From a virus (lineage: Duplodnaviria; Caudoviricetes): a stretch of 30,840 nt of DNA. The stretch lies in IMG/VR virus record IMGVR_UViG_3300017777_002035, positions 1-30,840 of that record. One strand, 5' to 3'. Position 1 is the stretch's first letter; every line of letters begins with the position of its first letter. The notes beneath the pieces are model-generated. The model was not told the DNA's origin. It searched no databases and saw only the letters and a list, made by a program, of their open reading frames with translations. The translations under genes were made by a program, and so were the position numbers. Positions 1-8,902 of the stretch are shown piece by piece.

Positions 1-2
1 AA

Positions 3-431
3 TATAAACCAGTTTATCCTGAGAAGTATAAGGGTGATCCGACTAATATTGTATATCGTTCGTTATGGGAACGTAAGGTTATGCAATATCTAGATAGAAA
101 CTCAAGTATACTGCACTGGTCATCTGAAGAACTAGCAATACCATATCTATCGCCTATAGATGGTAGAATGCATAGATACTTTCCTGATTTCATAATAAGA
201 TATAAAGATAAAGATAGTGCAATACAGGTTCGGATGCTAGAGATAAAACCCGCAAAGCAATCGATTGCGCCCACTATTCGCGACAAAAATCAAAGAATAA
301 CAAAGAAGTATGTTACCGAGGTTATGCAATATGGTATAAATAGTGCTAAGTGGAAAGCTGCGGAAGAATACTGTAAAGACCGTGGCTGGACATTTCATGT
401 ACTGACCGAGCATGATCTAGGTATCAAGTAA
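3..431 (+). CDS. gp4: T4 gp4-like head completion nuclease (5'-truncated by window edge)
   Basis: Frame is open from position 3 (YKPVYPEKYKGDPTNIVYRSLWERKVM...) into the 81..431 ORF; WSSEELAIPYLSP, HRYFPDF, LEIKP and NSAKWKAA are typical gp4/TnsA-like motifs. Confidence 0.9.
   Translation, partial: YKPVYPEKYKGDPTNIVYRSLWERKVMQYLDRNSSILHWSSEELAIPYLSPIDGRMHRYFPDFIIRYKDKDSAIQVRMLEIKPAKQSIAPTIRDKNQRITKKYVTEVMQYGINSAKWKAAEEYCKDRGWTFHVLTEHDLGIK
335..342 (+). promoter_or_regulatory. Possible T4-type late promoter TATAAATA upstream of gp2
   Basis: Exact TATAAATA inside gp4, about 90 nt before the gp2 start; could be chance. Confidence 0.4.
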
Positions 432-1048
432 TGGCAATTGCATCTGTATTAAACGACATTCTTACTAGAGGCGAACAGGCAGGTAAATATCCTTCGCTTG
501 AACGCAATAGTGCGAACTGGTTTCGTACTCAGGCTGCTAAAGCAACTACATCGCCAACTAGTTTAATCAATTCCGATCGCCAAAGATTTCGGAAAGCTCC
601 AATGATTGGTGATATGTATCTTTATGCATACGATCCAAAGACTAAAGCCGATCTTCCATATTATGACAAATTTCCATTAGTACTACCATTTGCTAGTTCA
701 AAGATATCTGGTAGAGCGGATGATGGCAATGGCTTTTATGGGTTAAATATGCATTATCTGCCGCCGCGCCTTCGTGCGCGGCTCCTCGACACTCTATTAG
801 AATATGTAAGTAATGATAAGATGAACGAGACAACTCGAATTAAATTTTCATATTCGCTATTGAATAAAGTGTCTAGCTTAAAGTTCTTTAGACCATGCGT
901 CAAGAAGTATTTATTCTCGCATATGCGGTCTAAATTCTTTTATATTGAACCTAAGGAATGGGATATTGCGCTGTTTCTACCGCTTGATAGATTTGTGGGC
1001 GCAAGTAAGAATACAGTTTATAAAGAGAGTAGAGATAGGATATACTAA
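431..1048 (+). CDS. gp2: T4 gp2-like DNA end protector protein
   Basis: YDPKTKADLPYYDKFPLV, GLNMHYLPPRLRARLL, PCVKKYLFSHMRS and EWDIALFLP motifs; adjacent to gp4. Confidence 0.9.
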   Translation: MAIASVLNDILTRGEQAGKYPSLERNSANWFRTQAAKATTSPTSLINSDRQRFRKAPMIGDMYLYAYDPKTKADLPYYDKFPLVLPFASSKISGRADDGNGFYGLNMHYLPPRLRARLLDTLLEYVSNDKMNETTRIKFSYSLLNKVSSLKFFRPCVKKYLFSHMRSKFFYIEPKEWDIALFLPLDRFVGASKNTVYKESRDRIY

Positions 1049-1935
1049 TGGGTAATCCATTTAACATCGATGCTTTTAGTGCTGAATTAGGGAAACACGG
1101 TACTGCTAATCCTGCGTATTTTACTGTAATGATCACGCAGCCGAAGACGATGATGCAGTCGGAACCATTGCTATTGAGAATTGAATCTGCTAGTATGCCA
1201 AGCAGAACTATTGTTACACATGATCAGAGATATTATGGACCTATGCGTAGAATACCATATGCATTTAATAGTTCTAATTTCACTATTAATGTTATATTAA
1301 GCGAAGATATGCGGGAACGAGAATTCTTTATGCAGTGGCAGAGCCTTCTTATGGGTCAATCAAGCAATGGTGTACAGGGCCCTGTACAACCTGGTGAATT
1401 CGATGTAGGATATTATGATACTGCAACTAAGACTGCCAAAGTTGAACTTAAAACATATGCAACATCTCCTGCTATGCAGGGGCAGGGAAAATCCAAAAAG
1501 AGTCTAGTTAGTGAGTTGGTTAATATTGCTCAGTCAATTGGATTTGATCCAAGTATAATAACAAATCCATTTGGTTTGAAAAATACCATTTCCTCAGTAA
1601 ATATTGATGCATCCTATACAATTAACCTAGTAGAGCCATTCCCAATTCAGATTCATGAAGTTCAGATGGACTGGAATAATGGTGGACAGTATGCGAAACT
1701 AACTGTAGATATTCAGTATCGATATTTTACTGAAACGCATGCTAATTTTCAGACTCCAGGTAATAATGATGCATTCAGTTTGCGTAAAGGAGTTAATATG
1801 TTCAATCGATTTATTCCTATATTATCTCTTGTTAAGAGTCAAGGAGTTGGTGGTGCGCTGAGGTCATCTGCAGACTCAGTTACAAGTGGTCCAAGAAATG
1901 CAGGTAGTGTGTTGAAATCTATTTTACCATTCTAA
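1048..1935 (+). CDS. gp54: Baseplate tail-tube initiator (gp54 / gp19 tube family)
   Basis: ESASMPSRTI, YGPMRRIPY, REFFMQWQ, EPFPIQI and KLTVDIQYRY motifs; position between gp2 and gp26 as in T4-like marine phages. Confidence 0.75.
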   Translation: MGNPFNIDAFSAELGKHGTANPAYFTVMITQPKTMMQSEPLLLRIESASMPSRTIVTHDQRYYGPMRRIPYAFNSSNFTINVILSEDMREREFFMQWQSLLMGQSSNGVQGPVQPGEFDVGYYDTATKTAKVELKTYATSPAMQGQGKSKKSLVSELVNIAQSIGFDPSIITNPFGLKNTISSVNIDASYTINLVEPFPIQIHEVQMDWNNGGQYAKLTVDIQYRYFTETHANFQTPGNNDAFSLRKGVNMFNRFIPILSLVKSQGVGGALRSSADSVTSGPRNAGSVLKSILPF

Positions 1936-1950
1936 CAGTGAGGTTATACT

Positions 1951-2658
1951 ATGTCTTTACCTAAAATTATGATTCCGAGATTTGCTACTAAGCTTCCGTC
2001 AGATGGTCGTGAAGTTACATTCCGCCCATTCCTAGTGAAGGAAGAAAAAGCACTGCTTATGGCTCTTGAAGCCGAAGATCAAGAATCAGTAATTCGTGCT
2101 ATTAAGGATGCTATTACTGCATGTGTAGATGGAGTAGATGTAAGTAAACTGCCATTTTTTGATATCGAGCACTTATTTCTCAATCTACGCGCTAAGTCAA
2201 TTGGCGAAGAAGTCAAGTTTACATATAAGCATCGTGGTGGCGTCAATAAAGCAGGCACTAAGTGTGAAGTCGCGACAGAAGTATCTATTAAAGTAGATGA
2301 TGTGCAGGTTCAACGCAATCCAAAACATATTAATAAGTTTATGTTGGATGACAAGCTAGGCGTTAAGATGACATATCCAACAATTGATGCAATTAAATCG
2401 GTCAGTGGCGAAAATGCAAATGAACTTAAGCTTATGGCATCTTGTATTGAATATGTGTATGATGCCGATAATGTATATCCACCAGATAGTATTAATGATT
2501 CAATTACATTTATTGAGCAGATGAATAATAAGCAATACGAAAAGCTAACTGAGTTTTTCGAAACTATGCCTAAACTGGCTCATGAACTGACATATACTTG
2601 CTCTGGTTGTGGGCAAACTGATACAGTTAAGTTTGAAGGCGTTTCTGATTTTTTCTAA
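1951..2658 (+). CDS. gp26: Baseplate hub subunit / assembly protein (gp26 family)
   Basis: MSLPKI, FRPFLVKEEKALL, FDIEHLFLNLRAKSIGE, FFETMPKL, CxxC and EGVSDFF C-terminus; RBS GAGG upstream. Confidence 0.88.
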   Translation: MSLPKIMIPRFATKLPSDGREVTFRPFLVKEEKALLMALEAEDQESVIRAIKDAITACVDGVDVSKLPFFDIEHLFLNLRAKSIGEEVKFTYKHRGGVNKAGTKCEVATEVSIKVDDVQVQRNPKHINKFMLDDKLGVKMTYPTIDAIKSVSGENANELKLMASCIEYVYDADNVYPPDSINDSITFIEQMNNKQYEKLTEFFETMPKLAHELTYTCSGCGQTDTVKFEGVSDFF

Positions 2659-2825
2659 TATCCCTCTCTCATAATACACTTAAACACTATTATGAACTGA
2701 ATTTTTCGCTTATGCAGTATCACAAGTATAGTTTAGCGGAAATTGAAAATATGATACCTTGGGAGAGGGAAGTGTATGTTAATATGTTACTTGCATATTT
2801 GGAGAAGAAGAAAGACCAACAATAA
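2655..2825 (+). CDS. gp51: Small gp51-like baseplate hub assembly protein (absent from ORF track; start uncertain, possibly reached by -1 frameshift)
   Basis: -1 frame relative to gp26 reads LISLSHNTLKHYYELNFSLMQYHKYSLAEIENMIPWEREVYVNMLLAYLEKKKDQQ*; HKYSL-EIENM-PWERE is the conserved motif of cyanophage-type gp51; first ATG only at 2712. Confidence 0.8.
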   Translation, partial: LISLSHNTLKHYYELNFSLMQYHKYSLAEIENMIPWEREVYVNMLLAYLEKKKDQQ

Positions 2826-4613
2826 ATGGCAGCATTACCGTCATTATCATTAGGTATAACTAATACTGAATTCAAACAGTATAAGTTGGGTGTATTCAAA
2901 AGGCTCGATACATTTATCGATCTTGTCGGTAAGTTGCGTCTAGTTGAGTCAGAAGAGAGTGCTGCTCTTACCACAGAACCAGAAGATGGTGAACCAGAAG
3001 ATGGTGCCCCAGAAAAGGTAGATGCATATAAAGAAGGTAAGAAGTTTATCGTGGGCCTTTGGTCTATAATATACAAGACTGTTAAAAGCATGTTCAACAA
3101 ATTTCTTAAGGCACTAGACGATATTATTAAATGGGTCAAAAATCTTTGGAACGCTATAAAGAATTTCTTTAAAAATCTCATTAAATCAATTGTGGGTAAA
3201 ATAAAAGTTTTCGTCGGGAAGTTTAAGGCCTTTATCAAAGCAACTGTGGGTAAAATAAAAGGTTTGATTCAGGACTTTAAGAATATCATTAAACCAATTA
3301 TGGGTAAAATAAGAGTGTACGTCGAGAAGTTTAGTAAGCTTATAAAGTCGATAAGTGGTTTGTGGAATAAACTAGTAACATGGTTTACTACAAAACTACC
3401 AGTATCTTTAGCAAACATTGGCAAATCGATTGCTAGACATGTCGTAGACAAACTACAAATAGTTGGTAAGTGGGCTTTATCAATACTTGATGATATCTTG
3501 CGCTTTATGAAGATAATAGCCACCAAAGCACTTGAATTGGCAAAAATGCTAGCCTCAAAAGTTTTATCTGGATTAAGTGGATTAAAGGCGATGGCGACCT
3601 TGGCGGCGGCACGGGCGGCAGCACGGGCGGCGGTACCGGCAGTTGCGGCCACCGCGGCCACCTTAACAAAATCAGAAATAACAGCACTAATAAAGAAGCG
3701 TTTAGGTAACTCCTTAGGAAAAATTATTCCGGGTCTAGGACTTGCGTTGGGCGCGTATGATGCTTACGCTAGAGCAATGAAGGGAGATGTAGCTGGCGCC
3801 GCTTTAGCAGCAACGGGTGGAGCGGCAGGATTATTTCCGGGTATAGGAACGGGAGTTGCAATTGCCGCCCTCGCAGCTAATATTGCGCGTGATGTATATA
3901 AGGCAGCATATGGTGTATTTCCTGAAGCAGATGCAGGTGACGCGGTAGCAAACAACTTAAAATCTATAATGGATGAAACTATTGAATTATTAACCGGCAA
4001 ACCTGATTTAAAGATAGATGTAAATAAAGAAAAGACAGAAACGTTAAACGCAGCTTTATCTGCATATGCTGCAGGCTGGTCCGCCGGCGGCGGTGTGCGC
4101 AAGAAGCTGACGGATGATGTAATTAAAGCAGCTACAGCATTAAAAATCCCAAATAGTGTCATATTGGATGATCTTAAGAAGATCAGAGAACAAAATAAGG
4201 CCGCCGATGACGGCGGTGCGGCCCAGAATCTACAAGCTCTACAAGCTCTACAAGCTCTACAATCTCTTCAAGAAGTTAATGCGGAAGGCATTGGAGCGGC
4301 CTCGCCGCAAGCTCTTACAGCAAATGCGGACAACGCCGCGTCTGTGCCAAGTGCTGCAGGTGGTGATCCTGCAACACCAGCTGCAACACCGGCATCGGCG
4401 ATCGGCCCAATTTACGACTCGCCGATCGGTCCAACTAAAAACTACGACGCCAAAATGAATGAGTATTATGACGATACTGATTCACCAGCAGCGACAGTAA
4501 TTATTGATAATACAACTACAAATAAAGTAGTAAATGTTAATAACTATAACAGACTACCGCCTAGCTTTCCAAGCCAGTCAATGACATTCAATCCAGCCCG
4601 CGCTGGATATTAA
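2826..4613 (+). CDS. Tape-measure / baseplate-hub-like tail protein
   Basis: 595 aa; long amphipathic Lys/Ile/Trp helical stretch, Gly/Ala-rich KIIPGLGLALG..GD..GA..IPG-type segment common in tape-measure proteins; directly after gp26/gp51. Confidence 0.6.
   Translation: MAALPSLSLGITNTEFKQYKLGVFKRLDTFIDLVGKLRLVESEESAALTTEPEDGEPEDGAPEKVDAYKEGKKFIVGLWSIIYKTVKSMFNKFLKALDDIIKWVKNLWNAIKNFFKNLIKSIVGKIKVFVGKFKAFIKATVGKIKGLIQDFKNIIKPIMGKIRVYVEKFSKLIKSISGLWNKLVTWFTTKLPVSLANIGKSIARHVVDKLQIVGKWALSILDDILRFMKIIATKALELAKMLASKVLSGLSGLKAMATLAAARAAARAAVPAVAATAATLTKSEITALIKKRLGNSLGKIIPGLGLALGAYDAYARAMKGDVAGAALAATGGAAGLFPGIGTGVAIAALAANIARDVYKAAYGVFPEADAGDAVANNLKSIMDETIELLTGKPDLKIDVNKEKTETLNAALSAYAAGWSAGGGVRKKLTDDVIKAATALKIPNSVILDDLKKIREQNKAADDGGAAQNLQALQALQALQSLQEVNAEGIGAASPQALTANADNAASVPSAAGGDPATPAATPASAIGPIYDSPIGPTKNYDAKMNEYYDDTDSPAATVIIDNTTTNKVVNVNNYNRLPPSFPSQSMTFNPARAGY
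4230..4262 (+). repeat. 9-bp tandem repeat (CTACAAGCT)x3.7 encoding LQA repeats
   Basis: ctacaagct ctacaagct ctacaagct ctacaa read directly. Confidence 0.9.
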
Positions 4614-4624
4614 GTGAGAATTAA

Positions 4625-6406
4625 ATGGTTAAGATAGCACCAGACTCAGTAAAAAAACTTTCTCGCAGACTCGACCGAATCGAGGCCTCTACACTTAAAA
4701 AATCTGAGTTTATGTCATATCAATCTCAATTGTTTGGCAAATTAAACTCTGTTACTAAAGTGTTAACAGATATTCTTATGCTGAATAAAAGATTGGCTAA
4801 AGAAGCAGCAGAAGGAGAACTTGAAGACCCAAAAGGATCACCTCAACCTCAAACCGGTGATAAGAACCCGCCTATCAAGTTGCAGGTTAGCAGTACCATG
4901 ACAAATATACTTTCTACCATAGCAGGAGCAGCTTATGTATATTTTGAGCCAAAAGTAAAAGAGCTTTTCACTGATTTGTATGAAAGCGCCATGAAATCAT
5001 TTGGATATGGTCCAGAGGCAGGCGATCCATCAAAAGATATTAAGCTCGACGCCGAGATATCTCCAACTGCAGTAGATGATAACGAGATGGCCGCTGCAAC
5101 TAAAGATGTGGACAATGCAGATATCGGAGCTACGGAAGCTGGAACTACAGATGTGCAAACTGATGAAGTTGATAACGAGATGGCCGCTGAAACTGAAGAA
5201 GCGAACGATACAACTAAAGATCAACTTGAAAATGGAGCTAAACTCGAAGATGGTACTGCAGTGGCTGAAAAACTTAAGGAGGGATTATTAGAAGGTGATC
5301 CGATCCAAGCAGAAATTGACTCAATAAAGAAAACCATTACAGATAAAATAAATAATCTTCTAAAATTATTTGGATTGGACCAAGCTGAAGTCACTAAAGA
5401 GCTTGATGCCACTGAAAATTATTTAAATGCTACCGATGATGAGGGAAATACAAAACCACCACCAGCAGCACCACCAGCAGCAGCATCAACAGTATCAGCA
5501 GTAGTACCAGGAGCACCACTAGCAGCATCAACAGCATCAGCACCAGCACCAGCAGGAGCACCACCACCAGCACCAACAGCAGGAGCACCAGCAACAGCAT
5601 CAACAGCATCAGCAGCACCAGCAGGAGCACCACCACCAGCAGCACCACCAGCAGCAGCAGTAGTACCAGCAGCAGGAGCTGGATCGCCAGTCCAGACTAG
5701 TAATAGTCTAACAACGACACCTCTATCAAAACTAGCTACCGATTTTATTGCAAAACAAGAAGGTCTACCGAGTAATGGTAAGGCCTATGAGGATCCTCCA
5801 GGAAGTAAAAAATACTCTGTTGGATATGGTCATCAAATAACACCTATGGAAGCTAAAGCTGGATTTATTCAAGCTGGTGATGAAAAGATACCAGTTACAG
5901 GAAAAGATGGAAAGGATACTGTATTAAATCAAGCGCAGGCAAAGAAGCTTCTTAGTGTAGACATGCCTAGATATGAAAAGGTTGCTAAGATGCAACTAGG
6001 ACGTACTTGGGATAAACTTAATGAACAGCAGAAAGCTGCTCTTACATCATATTCATATAATACAGGTAGTGTACAGTCTCTTGTTCGAAAAGGATTGATA
6101 GAAGCAATTGATTCCGGAGATATGGATAAGGCAGCTTCTATTATACAAAATGGTATTGCTACTGCAGGCGGAAAGCCAGTTGCTGGATTAGTTACAAGAC
6201 GAGGCGAAGAATCGCAATTATTTGCTAGTGTGCCGGGTGCAGTTCCGCCACAAGTTGTTGCAATTAATAATTCAACAAATACTGTAGCTACTAGAGTCGG
6301 TTCTACTAATGAAAAAACTGAACCAATATCTGTACCTCTCAATCCAAGAAATAATGATCTAACGATCACCCGAGCGAATTATATATCACAAAACACTGCT
6401 GCTTAA
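4625..6406 (+). CDS. Tail-associated protein with C-terminal GH24 (phage lysozyme) domain
   Basis: FIAKQEG...AYEDPPG...SVGYGH, AALTSYSYNTG and GLVTRRGEESQLF match GH24 muramidases; acidic N-half and Pro/Ala linker. Confidence 0.8.
   Translation: MVKIAPDSVKKLSRRLDRIEASTLKKSEFMSYQSQLFGKLNSVTKVLTDILMLNKRLAKEAAEGELEDPKGSPQPQTGDKNPPIKLQVSSTMTNILSTIAGAAYVYFEPKVKELFTDLYESAMKSFGYGPEAGDPSKDIKLDAEISPTAVDDNEMAAATKDVDNADIGATEAGTTDVQTDEVDNEMAAETEEANDTTKDQLENGAKLEDGTAVAEKLKEGLLEGDPIQAEIDSIKKTITDKINNLLKLFGLDQAEVTKELDATENYLNATDDEGNTKPPPAAPPAAASTVSAVVPGAPLAASTASAPAPAGAPPPAPTAGAPATASTASAAPAGAPPPAAPPAAAVVPAAGAGSPVQTSNSLTTTPLSKLATDFIAKQEGLPSNGKAYEDPPGSKKYSVGYGHQITPMEAKAGFIQAGDEKIPVTGKDGKDTVLNQAQAKKLLSVDMPRYEKVAKMQLGRTWDKLNEQQKAALTSYSYNTGSVQSLVRKGLIEAIDSGDMDKAASIIQNGIATAGGKPVAGLVTRRGEESQLFASVPGAVPPQVVAINNSTNTVATRVGSTNEKTEPISVPLNPRNNDLTITRANYISQNTAA
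5077..5189 (+). repeat. 20-bp direct repeat TGATAACGAGATGGCCGCTG (5077-5096, 5170-5189)
   Basis: Identical copies 93 bp apart, encoding DNEMAA twice. Confidence 0.85.
5455..5680 (+). repeat. Low-complexity (NCA)n tract encoding a Pro/Ala/Thr/Ser linker
   Basis: Runs of gca/cca/aca/tca codons with recurring GCAGGAGCACCACCACCAGCA and GCATCAACAGCATCAGCA blocks. Confidence 0.9.
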
Positions 6407-6434
6407 AAAGAAACCCCGCCGAAGCGGGGTTTCT
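6404..6434 (-). terminator. Rho-independent terminator after gp32, probably bidirectional
   Basis: 11-bp stem AGAAACCCCGC / GCGGGGTTTCT with C-UUCG-G tetraloop on the - strand followed by a U-run; lies between convergent stops at 6406 and 6438. Confidence 0.92.
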
Positions 6435-6437
6435 CAT

Positions 6438-7343
6438 TTACTGGTCGTCTTCTTCGGCTAGCTTTCGAAAGAAATCTAGATCATCATTGCCGGATACCTT
6501 CGGTTCAGCAGCAGACTTACCGACTGCAGGTTCTGATACCTTAGTAGTTCGATTTGCAGGTTCCCATGGAGAATCTTCCTCTACCTTAGATGTCGATGGT
6601 GCCGAATGTGTGTTGAGGACCTTATCCAGACGAGTTTTTAGATCATTATATGACTTAAACTGATCTGGTGCTAAGAAAGGCTGTAGTGGATACTGCATCT
6701 TCCAAAGCTTTTCGATCTGCTCATCTGTATCTGCTGCTAAACTAATTGCATCAAATTCAGACTTATCATAGTTACGATAGCCTTCAACCATGCGAATCTT
6801 AAGCTTAAGATTGCAGCCCTTCCAAAAATCAAATGGATTGGTTGGGTTTTCATCCTCAAACTCAGGATGCATCTTTGCATTAATCTTATCAAAGATTTTC
6901 TTACCGAACCTATACAAGAACACCTTACCATCATTCTCAGGATGAGCAGCATCCTTTACGACAATAATATTAGAGATATATGTTAGCTTGCGCTTCTGTG
7001 AACGAGCCGTAGTCTTATCTGCATCGATGCCTGAATTCCACAACTTACTGTTGAGTTCAGATACAGGATCTTCCTTTCCAATAGTGGTTAGCGAGTTCTC
7101 AATATACCAGCCGCCTGGGCCCTTAAAGCCGTGAGTCCAGACACGAACCCAAGGAACTTCTTCGCCTTGTGGTGCTGGAAGAAAACGAATAGCAGCATAT
7201 CCGTTTCCACTCTTGTCACACTCAGGTTGCCAAAATCGAAGATCAGATGATTGATTATTGGTAGGATTGAGCTTCTGAATTTCTTTAGTGAGGCGATCGA
7301 GAGAAGAACTGCTTGACCGCTTAAGTGCCGCAAATGATTCCAT
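6438..7343 (-). CDS. gp32: Single-stranded DNA-binding protein
   Basis: DLRFWQPECDKSGNGYAAIRFLP, HGFKGPGGWYIENSLTT, FGKKIFDKI, NYDKSEF and acidic tail DDLDFFRKLAEED; start placed at 7343 from GGAG 6 nt upstream. Confidence 0.95.
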   Translation of the reverse strand: MESFAALKRSSSSSLDRLTKEIQKLNPTNNQSSDLRFWQPECDKSGNGYAAIRFLPAPQGEEVPWVRVWTHGFKGPGGWYIENSLTTIGKEDPVSELNSKLWNSGIDADKTTARSQKRKLTYISNIIVVKDAAHPENDGKVFLYRFGKKIFDKINAKMHPEFEDENPTNPFDFWKGCNLKLKIRMVEGYRNYDKSEFDAISLAADTDEQIEKLWKMQYPLQPFLAPDQFKSYNDLKTRLDKVLNTHSAPSTSKVEEDSPWEPANRTTKVSEPAVGKSAAEPKVSGNDDLDFFRKLAEEDDQ

Positions 7344-7415
7344 GTGTAACTCCATATGTTTGTATGTTAAGTATGTGTATGTTTCTTATTCACAGTATGC
7401 ATCATATAGAAGTAT

Positions 7416-7444
7416 ATAATAGTACTTTATTTATTGATTGTCAA
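7416..7444 (-). promoter_or_regulatory. sigma70-type promoter for gp32
   Basis: TTGACA-N17-TATTAT; spacer contains AATAAATA, a near-match to the late consensus. Confidence 0.75.
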
Positions 7445-7630
7445 CTAATAATCGTGATCATAGTAATTTTGCACATCATCATACGATTCATATTCATATT
7501 TATTTTCAATCACATCTATCTTCATTTCGGTAGTTATTCTCTTTAGTTCAGCGATAAGTTTAGTCTGTTTCTGAATCGTATCACGAAGATGCATCAGTTC
7601 ACCTATATACTTTTCAATTTCCAAATTCAT
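7445..7630 (-). CDS. Hypothetical small coiled-coil protein
   Basis: 61-aa ORF overlapping the gp59 stop (ATGA) and filling the gap to the gp32 promoter. Confidence 0.6.
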   Translation of the reverse strand: MNLEIEKYIGELMHLRDTIQKQTKLIAELKRITTEMKIDVIENKYEYESYDDVQNYYDHDY

Positions 7631-8205
7631 AGGAAAATTTCCTTCATTATGGTTTTGATTTGTTGTTTATCACACTTAACGAATGGGCGATATTTTTCGA
7701 GCAAACGAGATACATCCGTCCATATGATTGTATCTGTTATATTTTTGTTCCAATGCGGCATAAAATTAAGCACATCATTCATTGCGACTACAGTTTCTAT
7801 CATAATTTTCTTACCGAGATAATATTTAAGAAGTTTAGGATGCCCACCGTTTTCAACTCGAAATAGTGCATCCTTATCTTCTATCAGTTTCTCTAGGTCT
7901 TGGCGAAAGATATATGCAAATGATTGATTTCTCTTTCGCCATTCAACATAATTCTTTTCAGATTGAGTTGTAACTAGATCGCCTGCCCACTTAGCATTGT
8001 TCTGGATAATATTAGATACGATAAACTCAATTAGATTATCTTTATATCTTCGTTCTATTCTTCGAAACTGGTGGTAGTCTTTTCGTGCTTGCAATGCAGA
8101 TTCACTGATGGTTCTAGTTTTACCCGCATACTTAAAATAGTCATAGTCACTAGTAAAATGTAGTTTAAGGGCTAAGTATGTCTGATATGCCCGCATCCCT
8201 TCCAT
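7627..8205 (-). CDS. gp59: Helicase loader
   Basis: AYQTYLALKLHFTSDYDYFKYAGK, HPKLLKYYLGKKIMIET and LLEKYRPF; located between gp33 and gp32; AGGAG 9 nt before ATG 8205 (ORF track opens at 8226). Confidence 0.9.
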   Translation of the reverse strand: MEGMRAYQTYLALKLHFTSDYDYFKYAGKTRTISESALQARKDYHQFRRIERRYKDNLIEFIVSNIIQNNAKWAGDLVTTQSEKNYVEWRKRNQSFAYIFRQDLEKLIEDKDALFRVENGGHPKLLKYYLGKKIMIETVVAMNDVLNFMPHWNKNITDTIIWTDVSRLLEKYRPFVKCDKQQIKTIMKEIFL

Positions 8206-8262
8206 AGAATGCATCTCCTGTTCCACGATTATTTTGAATAAAATCCCACATGGTCTTACTCA

Positions 8263-8514
8263 TTAAATTGCTAACTTTCTACCACGCTTACTGCGAACCA
8301 TATTGATGCTGACTGCCTCATTATAAATAAGCTTTCGCAACTTAGGTGTAATTAGATCCGCTGCACTTTCCACTTCTATGTTATGGACTTTGCAAATATA
8401 GCATATGGCATCGATATGCGATAGCTTCTTGTCGTACATCGCAGTTTCAAGTAACTTTCCAAATTGATCAGAATCTAGAAATGTATTAGCTTCAATTGGA
8501 ATTACATCAACCAT
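8263..8514 (-). CDS. gp33: Late transcription co-activator
   Basis: SHIDAICYIC..HNIEVESAADLITPKLRKLI..EA..INM pattern; gp33-gp59-gp32 synteny. Confidence 0.85.
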   Translation of the reverse strand: MVDVIPIEANTFLDSDQFGKLLETAMYDKKLSHIDAICYICKVHNIEVESAADLITPKLRKLIYNEAVSINMVRSKRGRKLAI

Positions 8515-8864
8515 TACGCTTTTCCTCCTGAGTTCAGTCGTTTGATATCTTCACTCAGCATCTCTGGCCAATATAGTTCGAAAGCTATGCAATCTTCTAC
8601 GCAATAAAACCAATGATACTCTCCCGGTTTCACCGCACAGAAATCTCCTGGCATCAGGCGCGTCACATCTGTAAGATCGTAGTCATTCTTCTTAATATGA
8701 ATTTCTAGGATACCCTTCTCTACAAAGAAACCATTCCACTTGTGCGTATGTAGATGGGTTGAACACATATATCCAGACATTACTTGAATTCGATGCAACT
8801 CGACTAGAGGATTTTGAAATATTGTGCATGTTTCCCCCCAAATTTTACCATTCTTAATACTCAT
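8514..8864 (-). CDS. Cupin-fold protein (sugar isomerase-like)
   Basis: KIWG start, CSTHLHTHKWNGFFVEKG and VKPGEYHWF cupin metal motifs. Confidence 0.75.
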   Translation of the reverse strand: MSIKNGKIWGETCTIFQNPLVELHRIQVMSGYMCSTHLHTHKWNGFFVEKGILEIHIKKNDYDLTDVTRLMPGDFCAVKPGEYHWFYCVEDCIAFELYWPEMLSEDIKRLNSGGKA

Positions 8865-8902
8865 AGTAACACTCCATTATAATATAAATTTGTTACAGTA
8901 GT

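Noticed and set aside
5430-5648. 72-aa Leu/Val-only ORF on the - strand that looks like a membrane peptide
   Set aside because: Antisense shadow of the (NCA)n Pro/Ala linker in the lysozyme-bearing protein
2720-6369. Several 60-172 aa - strand ORFs opposite the tail genes
   Set aside because: Fully overlap well-supported + strand genes; no motifs or RBS
8322-8329. TATAAATA on the + strand inside gp33
   Set aside because: Antisense within a coding region with no downstream + gene; expected by chance in AT-rich DNA
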